Below are positions 48,801 to 63,180 of a stretch of DNA of 64,000 nucleotides, in pieces; positions within the stretch are counted from its first letter, which is position 1; every line of letters starts with the position of its first letter. Origin of the DNA: Malacoraja senta (lineage: Eukaryota). The position numbers and the translations under genes were made by a program. The stretch spans positions 9,178,001 through 9,242,000 of the forward strand of contig CM075995.1 of NCBI GenBank assembly GCA_038087875.1. Direction: 5' to 3'. Below the pieces are notes generated by a model. The model made no database searches. It saw only the letters and a program-made list of their open reading frames with translations, and was not told the DNA's origin.

Positions 48801-49838
48801 TTTTAACATTGAGTAGAAAAATGAGAATCTTTGAGCGAATTACTGGAACCCACCTAGATCAGGCGTTTTAATATAAAAAGCTCCAATTTAAATTGTAGTT
48901 AAGTTCTGCCCCTGCTGTAGAATCATAATAGTTTTATAAACTCTGTGCAAATCAGATGCATCTACTGAAAATTTTGGGAGAAGCCAGTCAAATGATTCAT
49001 TTCAAGATAGACACAAAATGCTGAAGTAACTCAGCGGGACAGGCTGCATCTCTGGAGAGAAGGAATGGGCAACGTTTCGGGCCGACACCCTTCTTCAGGC
49101 TCGACCCGAACAGAGACGAGGAAACACTTTTTCTCACAGAGAGTGGTGAGTCGGTGGAATTCTCTGCCTCAGAGGGCGGTGGAGGCCGGTTCTCTGGATG
49201 CTTTCAAGAGAGAGCTAGATAGGGCTCTTAAAGACAGCGCAGTCAGTGGATATGGGGGGAAAAGGCAGGAACGGGGTACTGATTGGGGATGATCAGCCAT
49301 GATCAAGTTGAATGGCGGTGCTGGCTCGAAGGGCCGAATGGCCTACTCCTGCACCTATTGTGTATTAACGTCCTTGCCTGCTCGGGTCATGATCCCTGCA
49401 CTCACAACAACTGGGACTTGAAAATGGTGCCAAGCAACACGACTATAATGTCTCAGTCCACTACGTTATCTCAGTTTAGACTAAGGCTGATTGAAGCAGG
49501 AGCATTAGTTCAGTGAGTGTGCGTTGTCTCTCCAGCGATGCTGCCTGTCCCACTGAGTTACTCCAGCATTTCGTGCCTACCTTCGGTTTAAACCAGCATC
49601 TGCCGTTCCTTCCTACAGAATTATTAATTTCAGGTGATTCTCTAGGGTGAGGTACATTCCCCTAAAACCAATCTAGGATTGAGAATGCAATCATTTACAT
49701 TTGTTTTTAGGCTATACAGTGACAGGATTTGTAAACCAGCAGGTGATTAGTTCCACTTGCTATCTTAGCACTAGTCTGCAGCAAGCAGGTGCAAATACAG
49801 CTTGGTGGTGAGAGACGGATGCGTGGACTGTGCGGATA

Positions 49839-49946
49839 TTAATCCTCCTTCATGGAAGGGCTGCCGTTGATGGCTTTGCAGTACCCGTTGTTTAATCCAC
49901 TGAAAGTGGTCGCGGCCGTCTCCTTGCGTTGTGTTCTGCTGTACGT
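49839..49946 (-). CDS. ELOVL2: Last coding exon of very-long-chain fatty acid elongase 2 (TYSRTQRKETAATTFSGLNNGYCKAINGSPSMKED*)
   Basis: Minus strand ctctcattccttcttacattgtctgcag|ACG TAC...GAT TAA; 108 nt, phase 0. Resembles the ELOVL2 tail 'TY.....NG..KA...NG...K'. Convergent on SYCP2L as in the human locus. Confidence 0.75.
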   Translation of the reverse strand, partial: TYSRTQRKETAATTFSGLNNGYCKAINGSPSMKED

Positions 49947-50242
49947 CTGCAGACAATGTAAGAAGGAATGAGAGTAAATAGACTTGCAGTAGATGCTGCC
50001 TCACCCGCTGAGTTTCTCCGGCATTTTTTGTCTACCTTCGATTTTTTTTCCAGCACCTGCAGTTCTTCCTTAAACATTTTGTCTACTCCACTGTGAAATC
50101 TCAATAGACAATAGACCATAGGTGCAGGAGGAGGCCCTTCGAGCCAGCACTGCCATTTAATGTGATCATGGCTGATCATCCCCAATCAGTACCCCGTTCC
50201 TGCCTTCTCCCCATATCCCCTGACTCCGCTATTTTTAAGAGC

Positions 50243-50657
50243 CAAGAATATAAAGGAGGATAGTAAAAGCTTCTTTAAGTATGTGACGGAGGAACTGAAG
50301 GAAATCCACATTAGGCAGGAAATGGTGTTGGATAGACTGACGGGACTGAAGGCTGATAAATCCCCAGGGCCTGATGGTCTGCATCCCAGGGTACTTAAGG
50401 AAGTGGCTCTAGAAATCGTGGATGCATTGGTGATAATTTTCCAATGTTCTATAGACTCAGGATCAGTTCCTGTGGATTGGAGGGTAGCTAATGTTATCCC
50501 ACTTTTTAAGAAAGGCGGGAGAGAGAAAACAGGGAATTATAGACCAGTTAGCCAGATATCGGTGGTGGGGAAGATGCTGGAGTCAATTATAAAAGATGAA
50601 ATAGCCGCACATTTGGATAGCAGTAACAGGATCGGTCCGAGTCAGCATGGATTTACG
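50243..50657 (+). mobile_element. CR1-like LINE internal ORF2 fragment
   Basis: 'KSPGPDGLHPRVLKE...DWRVANVIPLFKKG'. Confidence 0.88.
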
Positions 50658-51025
50658 GGGGTGGGGTGGGGGGGGGGGGGGGGTGTGGAGAGTCCCCCCC
50701 CCAAGAACAAAGGGGGACTATTGGGGACCAGCTTGGATACTTTGTAATGTTGACGGTGCCCTCTCCATGGCGACTCTTTGCATACTTGAGATAAAGGGGA
50801 TGTGGAGGAATTTCTTTAGCCAGAGGGTGGTGAATCTGTGGGATTCATTGCCTGATATGGTTGTGGAGGCCACAAGTCAGTGGATATTTTTAAGACAGAG
50901 ATAGATAGATTCTTGATTAGTACGGGTGTCAGGGGTTATGGGGAGAAGGCAGGAGAATGGGGTTAGGAGGGAGAGATAGATCAGCCATGATTGAATGGCA
51001 GAGTAGACTTGACGGGCCGAATCGT

Positions 51026-54000
51026 TCACTCACTCACTAACTCATTCACTCATTCACTCACTCACCCACCCACTCACCCACTCACTCACCCACCCACTCA
51101 CTCACTCACTCACCCACTTGCTCACTCACTCATTAATTCACTCACTCACTCACTCACCCACTCACCCACTCACTCACTCATTAATTCACTCACTCACCCA
51201 CTCACTCACCCACCCACTCACCCACTCACTCACCCACCCACTCACTCACTCACCCACTTGCTCACTCACTCATTAATTCACTCACTCACTCACTCACTCA
51301 CCCACTCACTCACTCACCCACTCACTCACCCACCCACTCACTCACTCACTCACCCACTCACCCACTCACCCACTCACTCACTCACTCACCCACTCACTCA
51401 CTCATTAATTCACTCACTCACTCACTCACTCACCCACTTGCTCACTCACTCACTCACTCACTCACCCACTCACCTACTCATTCACTCACTCACCCACTCA
51501 CTCACTCATTAATTCACTCACTCACCCACCCACTCACTCACTCACCCACCCACTCACTCACTCACCCACTTGCTCACTCACCCACCCACTCACTCACCCA
51601 CCCACTCACTCACTCACCCACTTGCTCACTCACCCACCCACTCACTCACTCACCCACCCACTCACTCACTCACCCACTCACTCACTCACCCACTTGCTCA
51701 CTCACTCATTAATTCACTCACTCACCCACTCACTCACTCACCCACCCACTCACTCACTCACCCACTCACTCACTCACCCACTTGCTCACTCACTCATTAA
51801 TTCACTCACTCACCCACTCACCCACTCACTCACTCACTCACCCACTCACTCACTTGCTCACTCACTCACCCACTCACTCACTCACTCACTCACTCACCCA
51901 CTCACTCACTTGCTCACTCACTCACCCACTCACTCACTCACTCACCCACTCACTCACCCACTCACCCACTCACTCACTCACCCACTCACTCACCCACTCA
52001 CCCACTCACCCACTCACTCACTCACCCACTCGCTCACTCACTCACCCACTCACTCACTCACTCACTCACTCACCCACTCACTCACTCACTCACTTGCTCA
52101 CTCACTCACCCACTCACTCACTCACTCACTCACTCACTCACTCACTCACTCACTCACTCACCCACTCACTCACTCACTCACTCACTCACTCACTCACTCA
52201 CTCACTCACTCACTCACTCACTCACTCACCCACTCACCCACTCACTCACCCACTCACCCACTTGCTCACTCACTCACCCACTCACTCACCCACTCACCCA
52301 CTTGCTCACTCACTCACTCACTCACTCACTCACTCACTCACCCACTCACCCACCCACTCACTCACTCACTCACTCACTCACTCACTCACTCACCCACTCA
52401 CTCACTCACCCACTCACCCACCCACTCACTCACTCACTCACTCACTCACTCACTCACCCACTCACTCACCCACTCACCCACTCACTCACTCACTCACCCA
52501 CTCACCCACTCACTCACTCACCCACTCACCCACCCACTCACCCACTCACCCACCCACTCACCCACTTGCTCACTCACTCACTCACTCACTCACTCACTCA
52601 CTCACTCACCCACTCACCCACCCACTCACTCACTCACTCACCCACTTGCTCACTCACTCACTCACTCACTCACTCACCCACTCACTCACTCACCCACTCA
52701 CTCACTCACCCACTCACTCACCCACTCACCCACTCACCCACTTGCTCACTCACTCACCCACTCACCCACTCACTCACTCACTCACTCACTCACTCACCCA
52801 CTCACTCACCCACTCACCCACTCGCTCACTCACTCACTCACTCACTCACTCACCCACTCACTCACTCACTCACTCACTCACTCACTCACTCACTCACTCA
52901 CTCACTCACTCACTCACTCACTCACTCACTCACCCACTCGCCCACTCGCCCACTCACTCACCCACTCACCCACTCACTCACTCACTCACCCACTCACTCA
53001 CCCGCTCACTCACTCACCCGCTCACTCACCCGCTCACCCACTCGCTCACTCACTCACTCACTCACTCACTCACTCACTCACTCACTCACTCACTCACTCA
53101 CTCACTCACCCACTCACCCACTCACCCACTCACTCACTCTCACTCACTCACTCACTCTCACTCACTCACTCACCCACTCACCCACCCACTCACTCACCCA
53201 CTCACCCACCCACTCACTCACCCACTCACCCACTCGCTCACTCACTCACTCACTCACTCACTCACTCACTCACTCACTCACTCACCCACTCACCCACTTG
53301 CTCACTCACTCACCCACTCACCCACTCACTCACTCACTCACTCACTCACTCACTCACTCACTCACTCACTCACTCACTCACTCACCCACTCACCCACTCA
53401 CCCACTCACTCACTCACTCACTCACTCACTCACTCACTCACTCACCCACTCACCCACTCACCCACTCACTCACTCTCACTCACTCACTCACTCTCACTCA
53501 CTCACTCACCCACTCACCCACCCACTCACTCACCCACTCACCCACCCAATCACCCACCCACTCACTCACCCACTCACCCACCCACTCACTCACCCACTCA
53601 CCCACCCACTCACCCACCCACTCACCCACTCACCCACTCACTCACTCACTCACTCACTCACTCACTCACTCACTCACTCACTCACTCACTCACTCACTCA
53701 CTCACCACTCACTCACTCACTCACTCACTCACTCACTCACTCACTCACTCACCCACTCACCCACTCACCCACTCACTCACTCACTCACTCACTCACTCAC
53801 TCACTCACCCACTCACCCACTCACCCACTCACCCACCCACTCACTCACCCACTCACCCACCCACTCACCCACCCACTCACCCACTCACCCACTCACTCAC
53901 TCACCCACTCACTCACTCACTCACTCACTCACTCACTCACTCACTCACTCACTCACCCACTCACCCACTCACTCACTCACTCACTCACTCACTCACTCAC

Positions 54001-55340
54001 TCACTCACCCACTCACCCACTCACCCACTCACTCACTCACTCACTCACTCACTCACTCACTCACTCACCCACCCACTCACTCACCCACTCACCCACCCAC
54101 TCACTCACCCACTCACCCACCCACTCACCCACCCACTCACCCACCCACTCACTCACTCACTCACTCACTCACTCACTCACCACTCACTCACTCACTCACT
54201 CACCCACTCACTCACTCACTCACCCACTCACCCACTCACCCACCCACTCACTCACCCACTCACCCACCCACTCACCCACCCACTCACCCACCCACCCACT
54301 CACCCACTCACTCACTCACTCACTCACTCACTCACTCACTCACTCACTCACTCACTCACTCACTCACCCACTCACTCACTCACTCACTCACTCACTCACT
54401 CACTCACCCACTCACCCACTCACCCACTCACTCACTCACTCACTCACTCACTCACTCACTCACTCACCCACTCACCCACTCACCCACTCACCCACTCACT
54501 CACTCTCACTCACTCACTCACTCACTCACCCGCTCACTCACTCACTCACTCACCCGCTCGCTCACTCACTCACTCACTCACTCACTCACTCACTCACTCA
54601 CTCACTCACTCACTCACTCACTCACCCACTCACTCACCCACTCACCCACTCACCCACTCACCCACTCACTCACTCACCCACTCACCCACTCACCCACCCA
54701 CTCACTCACCCACTCACCCACTCACTCACCCACTCACTCACTCACTCACCCACTCACTCACCCACCCACTCACCCACTCACCCACTCACTCACTCACCCA
54801 CTCACCCACTCACCCACCCACTCACTCACCCACTCACCCACTCACTCACCCACTCACTCACTCACCCACTCACCCACTCACCCACCCACTCACTCACCCA
54901 CTCACTCACCCACTCACCCACTCACCCACCCACTCACTCACCCACTCACCCACTCACTCACCCACTCACTCACCCACTCACCCACTCACTCACCCACTCA
55001 CCACTCACCCACTCACTCACCCACTCACCCACTCACTCACCCACTCACCCACTCGCCCACTCACTCACTCACTCACTCACCCACTCACTCACCCACTTGC
55101 TCACTCACTCACCCACTCGCTCACTCGCTCACTCACTCACACACTCACTCACCCACTCACCCACTCACCCACTCACTCACCCACTCACTCACTCACTCAC
55201 TCACTCGCTCACTCACTCACTCACTCACTCACCCACTCGCTCACTCACTCACCCACTCACTCACCCACTCACCCACTCGCTCACCTCACTCACCCACTCA
55301 CTCACCCACTCACCCACTCACTCACTCACCCACTCACCCA

Positions 55341-55371
<31 letters not shown>

Positions 55372-58300
55372 ACTCACTCACCCACTCACTCACCCACTCG
55401 CTCACTCACTCACCCACTCACTCACTCACTCACCCACTCACTCACCCACTCACTCACCCACTCACCCACTCACTCACTCACCCACTCACTCACTCACTCA
55501 CCCACTCACCCACTTGCTCACTCACTCACTCACTCACTCACCCACTCGCTCACTCACTCACCTCACTCACTCACCCACTCGCTCACTCACTCACTCACTC
55601 ACTCACCCACTTGCTCACTCACTCACTCACTCACTCACCCACTTGCTCACTCACTCACTCACTCACTCACTCACTCACTCACTCACTCACTCACTCACCC
55701 ACTTGCTCACTCACTCACTCACTCACTCGCTCACTCACTCACCCACTCACCCACTTGCTCACTCACTCACTCACTCACCCACTTGCTCACTCACTCACTC
55801 ACTCACTCACCCACTTGCTCACTCACCCACTCACTCACTCACTCACTCACTCACCCACTTGCTCACTCACTCACCCACTCACCCACTTGCTCACTCACTC
55901 ACTCACTCACTCACCCACTCACTCACCCACTCACCCACTCACTCACTCACCCACTCACTCACTCACTCACCCACTCACCCACTTGCTCACTCACTCACTC
56001 ACTCACTCACCCACTTGCTCACTCACTCTCACTCACTCACCCACTTGCTCACTCACTCACTCACTCACTCACCCACTCACCCACTCACCCACTTGCTCAC
56101 TCACTCACTCACTCACTCACCACTCACTCACCCACTTGCTCACTCACTCACTCACCCACTTGCTCACTCACCCACTCACTCACTCACCCACTCACCCACT
56201 TGCTCACTCACTCACCCACTCACTCACCCACTCACCCACTCACCCACTTGCTCACTCACTCACTCACTCACTCACCCACTTGCTCACTCACTCACCCACT
56301 CACCCACTCACCCCACACTTGCTCACTCACTCACTCACTCACTCACTCACCCACTCACCCACTCACCCACTTGCTCACTCACTCACTCACTCACTCACCC
56401 TCACCCACTTGCTCACTCACTCACTCACCCACTTGCTCACTCACTCACTCACTCACTCACCCACTTGCTCACTCACTCACCCACTCACTCACCCACTCAC
56501 CCACTCACTCACTCACCCACTTGCTCACTCACTCACCCACTCACCCACTCACCCACTCACTCACTCACTCACTCACCCACTCACCCACTCACTCACTCAC
56601 CCACTTGCTCACTCACTCACCCACTCACCCACTCACCCACTCACTCACTCACTCACTCACTCACCCACTCACCCACTCACCCACTTGCTCACTCACTCAC
56701 TCACTCACTCACTCACCCACTCACTCACCCACTTGCTCACTCACTCACTCACCCACTTGCTCACTCACCCACTCACTCACTCACCCACTCACCCACTTGC
56801 TCACTCACTCACTCACTCACTCACCCACTCACCCACTTGCTCACTCACTCACCCACTCACTCACCCACTCACCCACTTGCTCACTCACTCACCCACTTGC
56901 TCACTCACTCACTCACTCACTCACCCACTTGCTCACTCACTCACTCACTCACTCACCCACTCACTCACCCACTCACTCACCCACTCACCCACTCACTCAC
57001 TCACTCACCCACTCACCTCCCACTCACTCACTCACTCACTCACCCACTCACCCACTCACTCACCCACTCACTCACCCACTCACCCACTCACTCACTCACT
57101 CACTCACCCACTCACCCACTCACTCACTCACTCACCCACTCACCCACTCACTCACTCACTCACCCACTCACTCACCCACTCACCCACTCACTCACTCCAC
57201 TCACCCACTCACTCACTCACTCACTCACCCACTCACCCACTCACTCACCCACTCACCACTCACTCACCCACTCACTCACTCACTCACCCACCCACTCACT
57301 CACCCACCCACTCACCCACTCACTCACTCACTCACTCCCACTCACCTACACTCACCCACTCACCCACTCACCCACTCACCCACTCACTCACCTACTCACT
57401 CACCCACTCACCTACTCACCCACTCACATCACTCACTCACTCACTCACTCACCCACTCACTCACTCACTCACTCACTCACTCACTCACTCACTCACTCAC
57501 CCACTCACCTACTCATTCACCCACTCACTCACTCACGCACCCACTCACTCACTCACCCACTCACCCACTCACTCACTCACTCACCCACTCACCTACTCAT
57601 TCACTCACTCACCCACTCACTCCTCACTCACCCACTCACCCACTCACCCACTCACTCACTCACTCACCCACTCACCTACTCACTCACCCACTCACTCACT
57701 CACCCACTCATCCCACTCACCACTCACTCACACCCCACTCATTCACTCACTCACCCACATCACTCACTCACTCACCAACTCACCCACTCACCTACTCACT
57801 CACCCACTCACCCACTCACCCACTCACTCACTCACTCACCCACTCACCTACTCACTCACCCACTCACCCACTCACCCACTCACTCACTCACTCACCCACT
57901 CACCTACTCACTCACCACTCACTCACCACTCACCACTCACTCACTCACCCACTCACCCACTCACTCACTCACTCACCCACTCACCTACTCATTCACCCAC
58001 TCACTCACTCACCCACTCACCCACTCACCTACTCACTCACCCACTCACCCACTCACTCACTCACTCACCCACTCACCTACTCATTCACTCACTCACCACT
58101 CACTCACCCACTCACTCACCACTCACTCACCCACTCACTCACCTACTCACTCACCACTCACCCACTCACTCACTCACTCACCCACTCACCCACTCATTCA
58201 CTCACTCAACCACTCACCTACTCATTCACCCACTCACCTACTCACTCACCCACTCACCCACTCACCTACTCACTCACCCACTCACCCACTCACCCACTCA

Positions 58301-58981
58301 CTCACTCACTCACCCACTCACCTACTCACTCACCCACTCACCCACTCACCACTCACTCACCCACTCACCCACTCACTCACTCACTCACCCACTCACCTAC
58401 TCATTCACCCACTCACCACTCACTCACCCACTCACCCACTCACCTACTCACTCACCCACTCACCCACTCACCCACTCACTCACTCACTCACCCACTCACC
58501 TACTCACTCACCCACTCACCCACTCACCTACTCACTCACCCACTCACCCACTCACCCACTCACTCACTCACTCACCCACTCACCTACTCACTCACCCACT
58601 CACCCACTCACCTACTCACTCACCCACTCACCCACTCACTCACTCACTCACCCACTCACCTACTCATTCATTCACTCACTCACTCACCCACTCACCTACT
58701 CATTCACTCACTCACCCACTCACCCACTCACTCACCCACTCACCTACTCACTCACCCACTCACCTACTCATTCACTCCACTCACCCACTCACTCACTCAT
58801 TAATTCACTCACTCACCCACTCACTCACTCACTCACCCACTCACCCACTCACTCACTCACTCACCCACTCACCCACTCACTCACTCACTCACTCATTAAT
58901 TCACTCACTCACTCACTCACTCACCCACTCACCCACTCACTCACTCATTAATTCACTCACTCACTCACTCACCCACTCACC
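51026..58981. repeat. ~8 kb degenerate tetranucleotide satellite (CACT/CACC)n, running into a gap
   Basis: Direct inspection; accounts for the 2300-aa 'LTHS' ORFs. Confidence 0.98.
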
Positions 58982-59181
58982 NNNNNNNNNNNNNNNNNNN
59001 NNNNNNNNNNNNNNNNNNNNNNNNNNNNNNNNNNNNNNNNNNNNNNNNNNNNNNNNNNNNNNNNNNNNNNNNNNNNNNNNNNNNNNNNNNNNNNNNNNNN
59101 NNNNNNNNNNNNNNNNNNNNNNNNNNNNNNNNNNNNNNNNNNNNNNNNNNNNNNNNNNNNNNNNNNNNNNNNNNNNNNNNN
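58982..59181. other. Assembly gap (200 N)
   Basis: Run of N. Confidence 1.
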
Positions 59182-59598
59182 TGAAAGGTGAAGCCAGCAA
59201 AGTTCGATCAAAGATAGTCCCAAGGTCACCAATGAGGTAGATAGTAGTTCAGCACCGCTCTCTGGTTGTGGTAAGATGGTTCAGTTGCCTGATAACAGCT
59301 GGGAAGAAACTGTCCCTGAATCTAGAGATGTGCGTTTTCACACTTCTATACCTTTTGCCCTGATGGGAGAGGGGAGAAGAGGGTGGCCAGGGTGACTTGG
59401 TGTGTGAATCATTAAACTGTGCTAGAATTTAGAACATAGAACAGGCCCTTCAGCCCACAACGGTCGTGCTGATCATGATGCCGTTAAACTAATCTCCTCT
59501 CCCTGCACGTGATCCATATCGCTCCATTTCCTGCATATCCATTAAACCCATCATTGTATGGCAGAGCAGAATCAATGGTCTAACTAACCTTTACATCC

Positions 59599-60334
59599 GT
59601 CATTTTCACCACCTCCAACGTGACCCCACCACTCACCACATCTTCCCATCTCCCTCCCTGTCTGCTTTCTGCAAAGACCGCTCCCTCCGTAACTCCCTTG
59701 GTCAATTCTTCCCTTCCCTCCCGTACCACCCCCTCCCCGGGCACTTTCCCTTCCAACCGCAAGAGATGCTACACTTGTCGCTTTACCTCCCCCCTCGACA
59801 GAGGTTCACCTGCATCTCCTCCAACCTCATCTATTGCATCCGCTGCTCTAGATGTCAGCTAATCTACATCGGTGAGACCAAGCGTAGGCTTGGCGATCGT
59901 TTCGCCGAACACCTCCGCTCGGTCCGCATTAACCAACCTGACCTCCCGGTGGCTCAGCACTTCAACTCCCCCCTCCCATTCGAATCTGACCTCTCTGTCC
60001 TGGGCCTCCTCCATGGCCAGAATGAGCACCACCGGAAATTGGAGGAACAGCATCTCATGTTCCGCTTGGGCAGTTTGCACCCTAGTGGCATGAACATTGA
60101 ATTCTCCCATTTCCGATAACCCTTCCTCCCCTTCTCAGCTTTCCCTCAGCCCTCGAGCTCCTCCTCTTCCTTTTTCCTTTCTTCTCCCCGCCCCCCCACC
60201 CTCCATCAGTCTGAAGAAGGGTTTCGGCCCGAAATTTGCCTATTTCCTTCGCTCCGTAGATGCTGCTGCACCCGCTGAGTTTCTCCAGCATTTTTGTCTA
60301 CCTTCGATTTTCCAGCATCTGCAGTTCCTTCTTA
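59599..60334 (+). mobile_element. 5'-truncated Penelope-like element
   Basis: GIY-YIG ORF 59766-60119, terminal repeat, TSD AACCTTTACATCC (59586-59598, 60335-60347). Confidence 0.88.
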
Positions 60335-61786
60335 AACCTTTACATCCCCTCTCTCTCTCTCTGTCCTCCACCCACCCTAGTCGTCCGACTAGTTTCACTG
60401 TCGCCCTGCTTAGTTTCACTGTTCGTATCCACTCATTAACACCTTCCCCACAGCCATCAAAGGACCATTGTGGGCTCCACCTTTCCTTGATCGTCCTTGC
60501 TCACTTTAGAGTTATAGAGTCATAGAGTCATACATCTGTGCATCTACCCGATCTATTATTCTCAGCAGCAGCATCTCTGGAGAAAAATAATAGGTGACTT
60601 TTCGAGTTGGAACCCTTCTGAATTACAGAAACCTGCTGAGTTACTCCAGCATTTTGCGTCTATCTTCGGTATAAACCAGCATCTGCAGTTCCTTCCCACA
60701 CATTGAGTCTGCTCCCCCCCACCCCCCCCCCCCCCCCCCCCCACACACATTTGATAAAAATTGATCTGTTTTTCCCTCTCAACCCCATTCTTCTGCCATG
60801 GATGCCCTTACCAATCCAGAGCACTTGGGACACGTGCACAGATAGGAAAGGTTTAGAGGGATATAGGGCAAACATGAGCAAATGGGACAGGCTTAGATGG
60901 GACATCTTGGTCAGCATGGGTAAATTGGGCTGAAGGGCCTGTTTCCACAATTTTCGAATAGGAACCAGCCCATACGCAGAACGTACAGAATTCTTTGCAA
61001 CGAGCAAGGCAAGTGTGTATTATTCTGCACAGACAGCCAAACTTGTTTATTTTCGTGGCGGAGGGTAATTTCCTTCAGATTGTTTATGGTTGCAAATTTT
61101 TTAGACTTTTTCCCGGTAACGCATCTATTTCCAATAGGAATGTAACCAGTCAAAAGTTCTGCCGTGTTTCTTAAACTTCCGAAAGGGACATAAACATTTA
61201 CAAGTTCCCACTTTATACTAAAATTTACATCCATACATACTTTCCCATTGGTTTCATTGTGGAAATAATGGTAGTGGATACTAGAATTAGTAGAAATGAG
61301 CAACTGCAGATGCTGGTTTACAAATAAGGATACAAAGTGCTTTAATAACTCAGAGGGTCAGGCAACATCTCTGGAGAACAAGGTAGGTAACTTTTCGGAT
61401 TAAGACCTTTCTTCCTATTGCCACAGTATATGACTCTAGGAGATGACGTTTCAGGTCGGGACTCTTCTTCAGACTGATTCAGTGGGGGAGAGAGAGGGGA
61501 GAGAGTCTGCCTGAAGAAGGTCAGACATGCTGCCTGACCCGCTGAGCACTTTGTGTCTTTTGTTAAATTAAGCAGGGACTGTGCATAAGTCCTCACAGTA
61601 AAGGTTGGAAATACCTGTCAGTTGGAATAGGATGGGAGAGAGTAACTCAGGAAAATTCCTTATCACCAGAAGAGTGGTACTGAGCAAATGATTCGAGCTT
61701 CAAGATGACAAGACTCTTCTTGAAAGAAGTGGCTGGTGAGGAATTTTATAGATGATTGGTATTTTGCAAATTTAGATGGCAAATTT

Positions 61787-62077
61787 AGTTTAGAGATACA
61801 GCGCGGAAACAGGCCTTTCGGCACTCCAAGTCCACGCAGACCAGTGATCCCCGCACACTCACACTATCCTACACACACTTTATAATTGTATAATTTATGA
61901 ATTTACCTATAAACCTGTACGAATTTGGACTGTGGGAGGAAACCGGAGCACCCGGAAAAATCCCACGAGGTCACAGGGAGAATGTACGAAATCCATACAG
62001 ACAGCACCTGTAGTCAGGATCGAACCCGGGTCTCTGGCGCTGTAAGACAACAACTCTACTGCTGCGCCACTGTGCTC
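61787..62077 (-). mobile_element. V-SINE (HE1-like)
   Basis: Reverse complement of the SINE consensus. Confidence 0.8.
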
Positions 62078-62520
62078 CCGTTATTTAAAAAAGGAGGGAG
62101 GCAGCCCAAATGTGTAGGAAGGAACTGCAGATGCTGGTTTATACCGAAGATAGACACAAAATGCCAGTGTAACTCACAGATCAGGCAGCATCTCTCGAGA
62201 AAAAGAATAGCTGACATTTTGGGTCGGAACCCTTCTTCAGACTGACACGTCACCTATCCATGTTCTCCAGAGATGCTGCCTGACCCGCTGAGTTACACCA
62301 GCACTCTGTGTATATCTAGGGAGGCAGACCACATAGAATCAAGCAAAGTCAACATGGTTTTTGCAAATCATGTAACACGCCTGGCTGTTAAAAGGAAACT
62401 GATGGATATACTGTACATGACTTGGATATGCAAACAAGCAAGATGCGTCAACTACATGCCTTGCATATCCATGAGTATCTCAAAGCCTCTTAAATCATAT
62501 CCACCTACACCATCAGCCCT

Positions 62521-63180
62521 TTTTTAAAATCAAAATAGACTTTATTCAAGTAATAAATATATACAATACAGGAACCGTGCAAAAAATCCATCCGACATTC
62601 TCGGAGGCTATACAAACATTTAATACTGTTTACACAAAATTATCCCCCACCCTTGCCACTCATGTGGCCCACTGGCGTGGAATCCCTTCCCTTTGTTTGA
62701 GGGGCGTCTCCACCACACCCTGCCCCCCCCCCCCCCCATGTCCAGAAGCGGAAGGACCCTATACTGTGATCCTCCCACACAGAGCCTTGGTGTTGGCTGC
62801 ACCAAGCTTCAGTGCGTCCCTCAGCACGTACTCCTGCAGTCTGCAGCGGGCCAGTCGGAAACATTCCCCGACGGACATCTCGCTCCGCTGGGTGGTCAAC
62901 AATGCTCGGGCAGACCAAAGAGCGTCTTTCACCGAGTTGATGACCTTCCAGCAGCACTTGATGTCAGTCTCTGAATGTGTCCCTGGGAACAGTCCGTAAA
63001 TTACAGAGTCCTCTATGACGGAGCTGTTCGGAATGAATCGTGACAGGGACCCCTGCAAACCTCTCCGGACTCTCTTTGCAAATCCACACTGCAAAGAGGT
63101 GGGCAACCGTCTCCTCTCCATAGCAGCCGTCCCGAGGGCAGCGTGCGGTGCCCTGGCTGTGCTCCCCAGCACTCACAACC
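62521..63180 (-). mobile_element. Tx1/L1-clade LINE 3' fragment
   Basis: 'CPRDGC.GEETVAHLF..C' knuckle and 'CCWKVINSVKDALWSAR...LQEYVLRDALK'; AATAAA and short A-tail on the minus strand. Confidence 0.75.

Noticed and set aside
49771..50004. 77-aa ORF with a signal-peptide-like start
   Set aside because: The hydrophobic start is the polypyrimidine tract of an acceptor; another frame gives the ELOVL2-like tail.
51622..59240. Three ORFs of 2300-2400 aa
   Set aside because: They are translations of a G-poor tetranucleotide satellite that rarely forms stops; all three frames give the same LTHS/PTH pattern.
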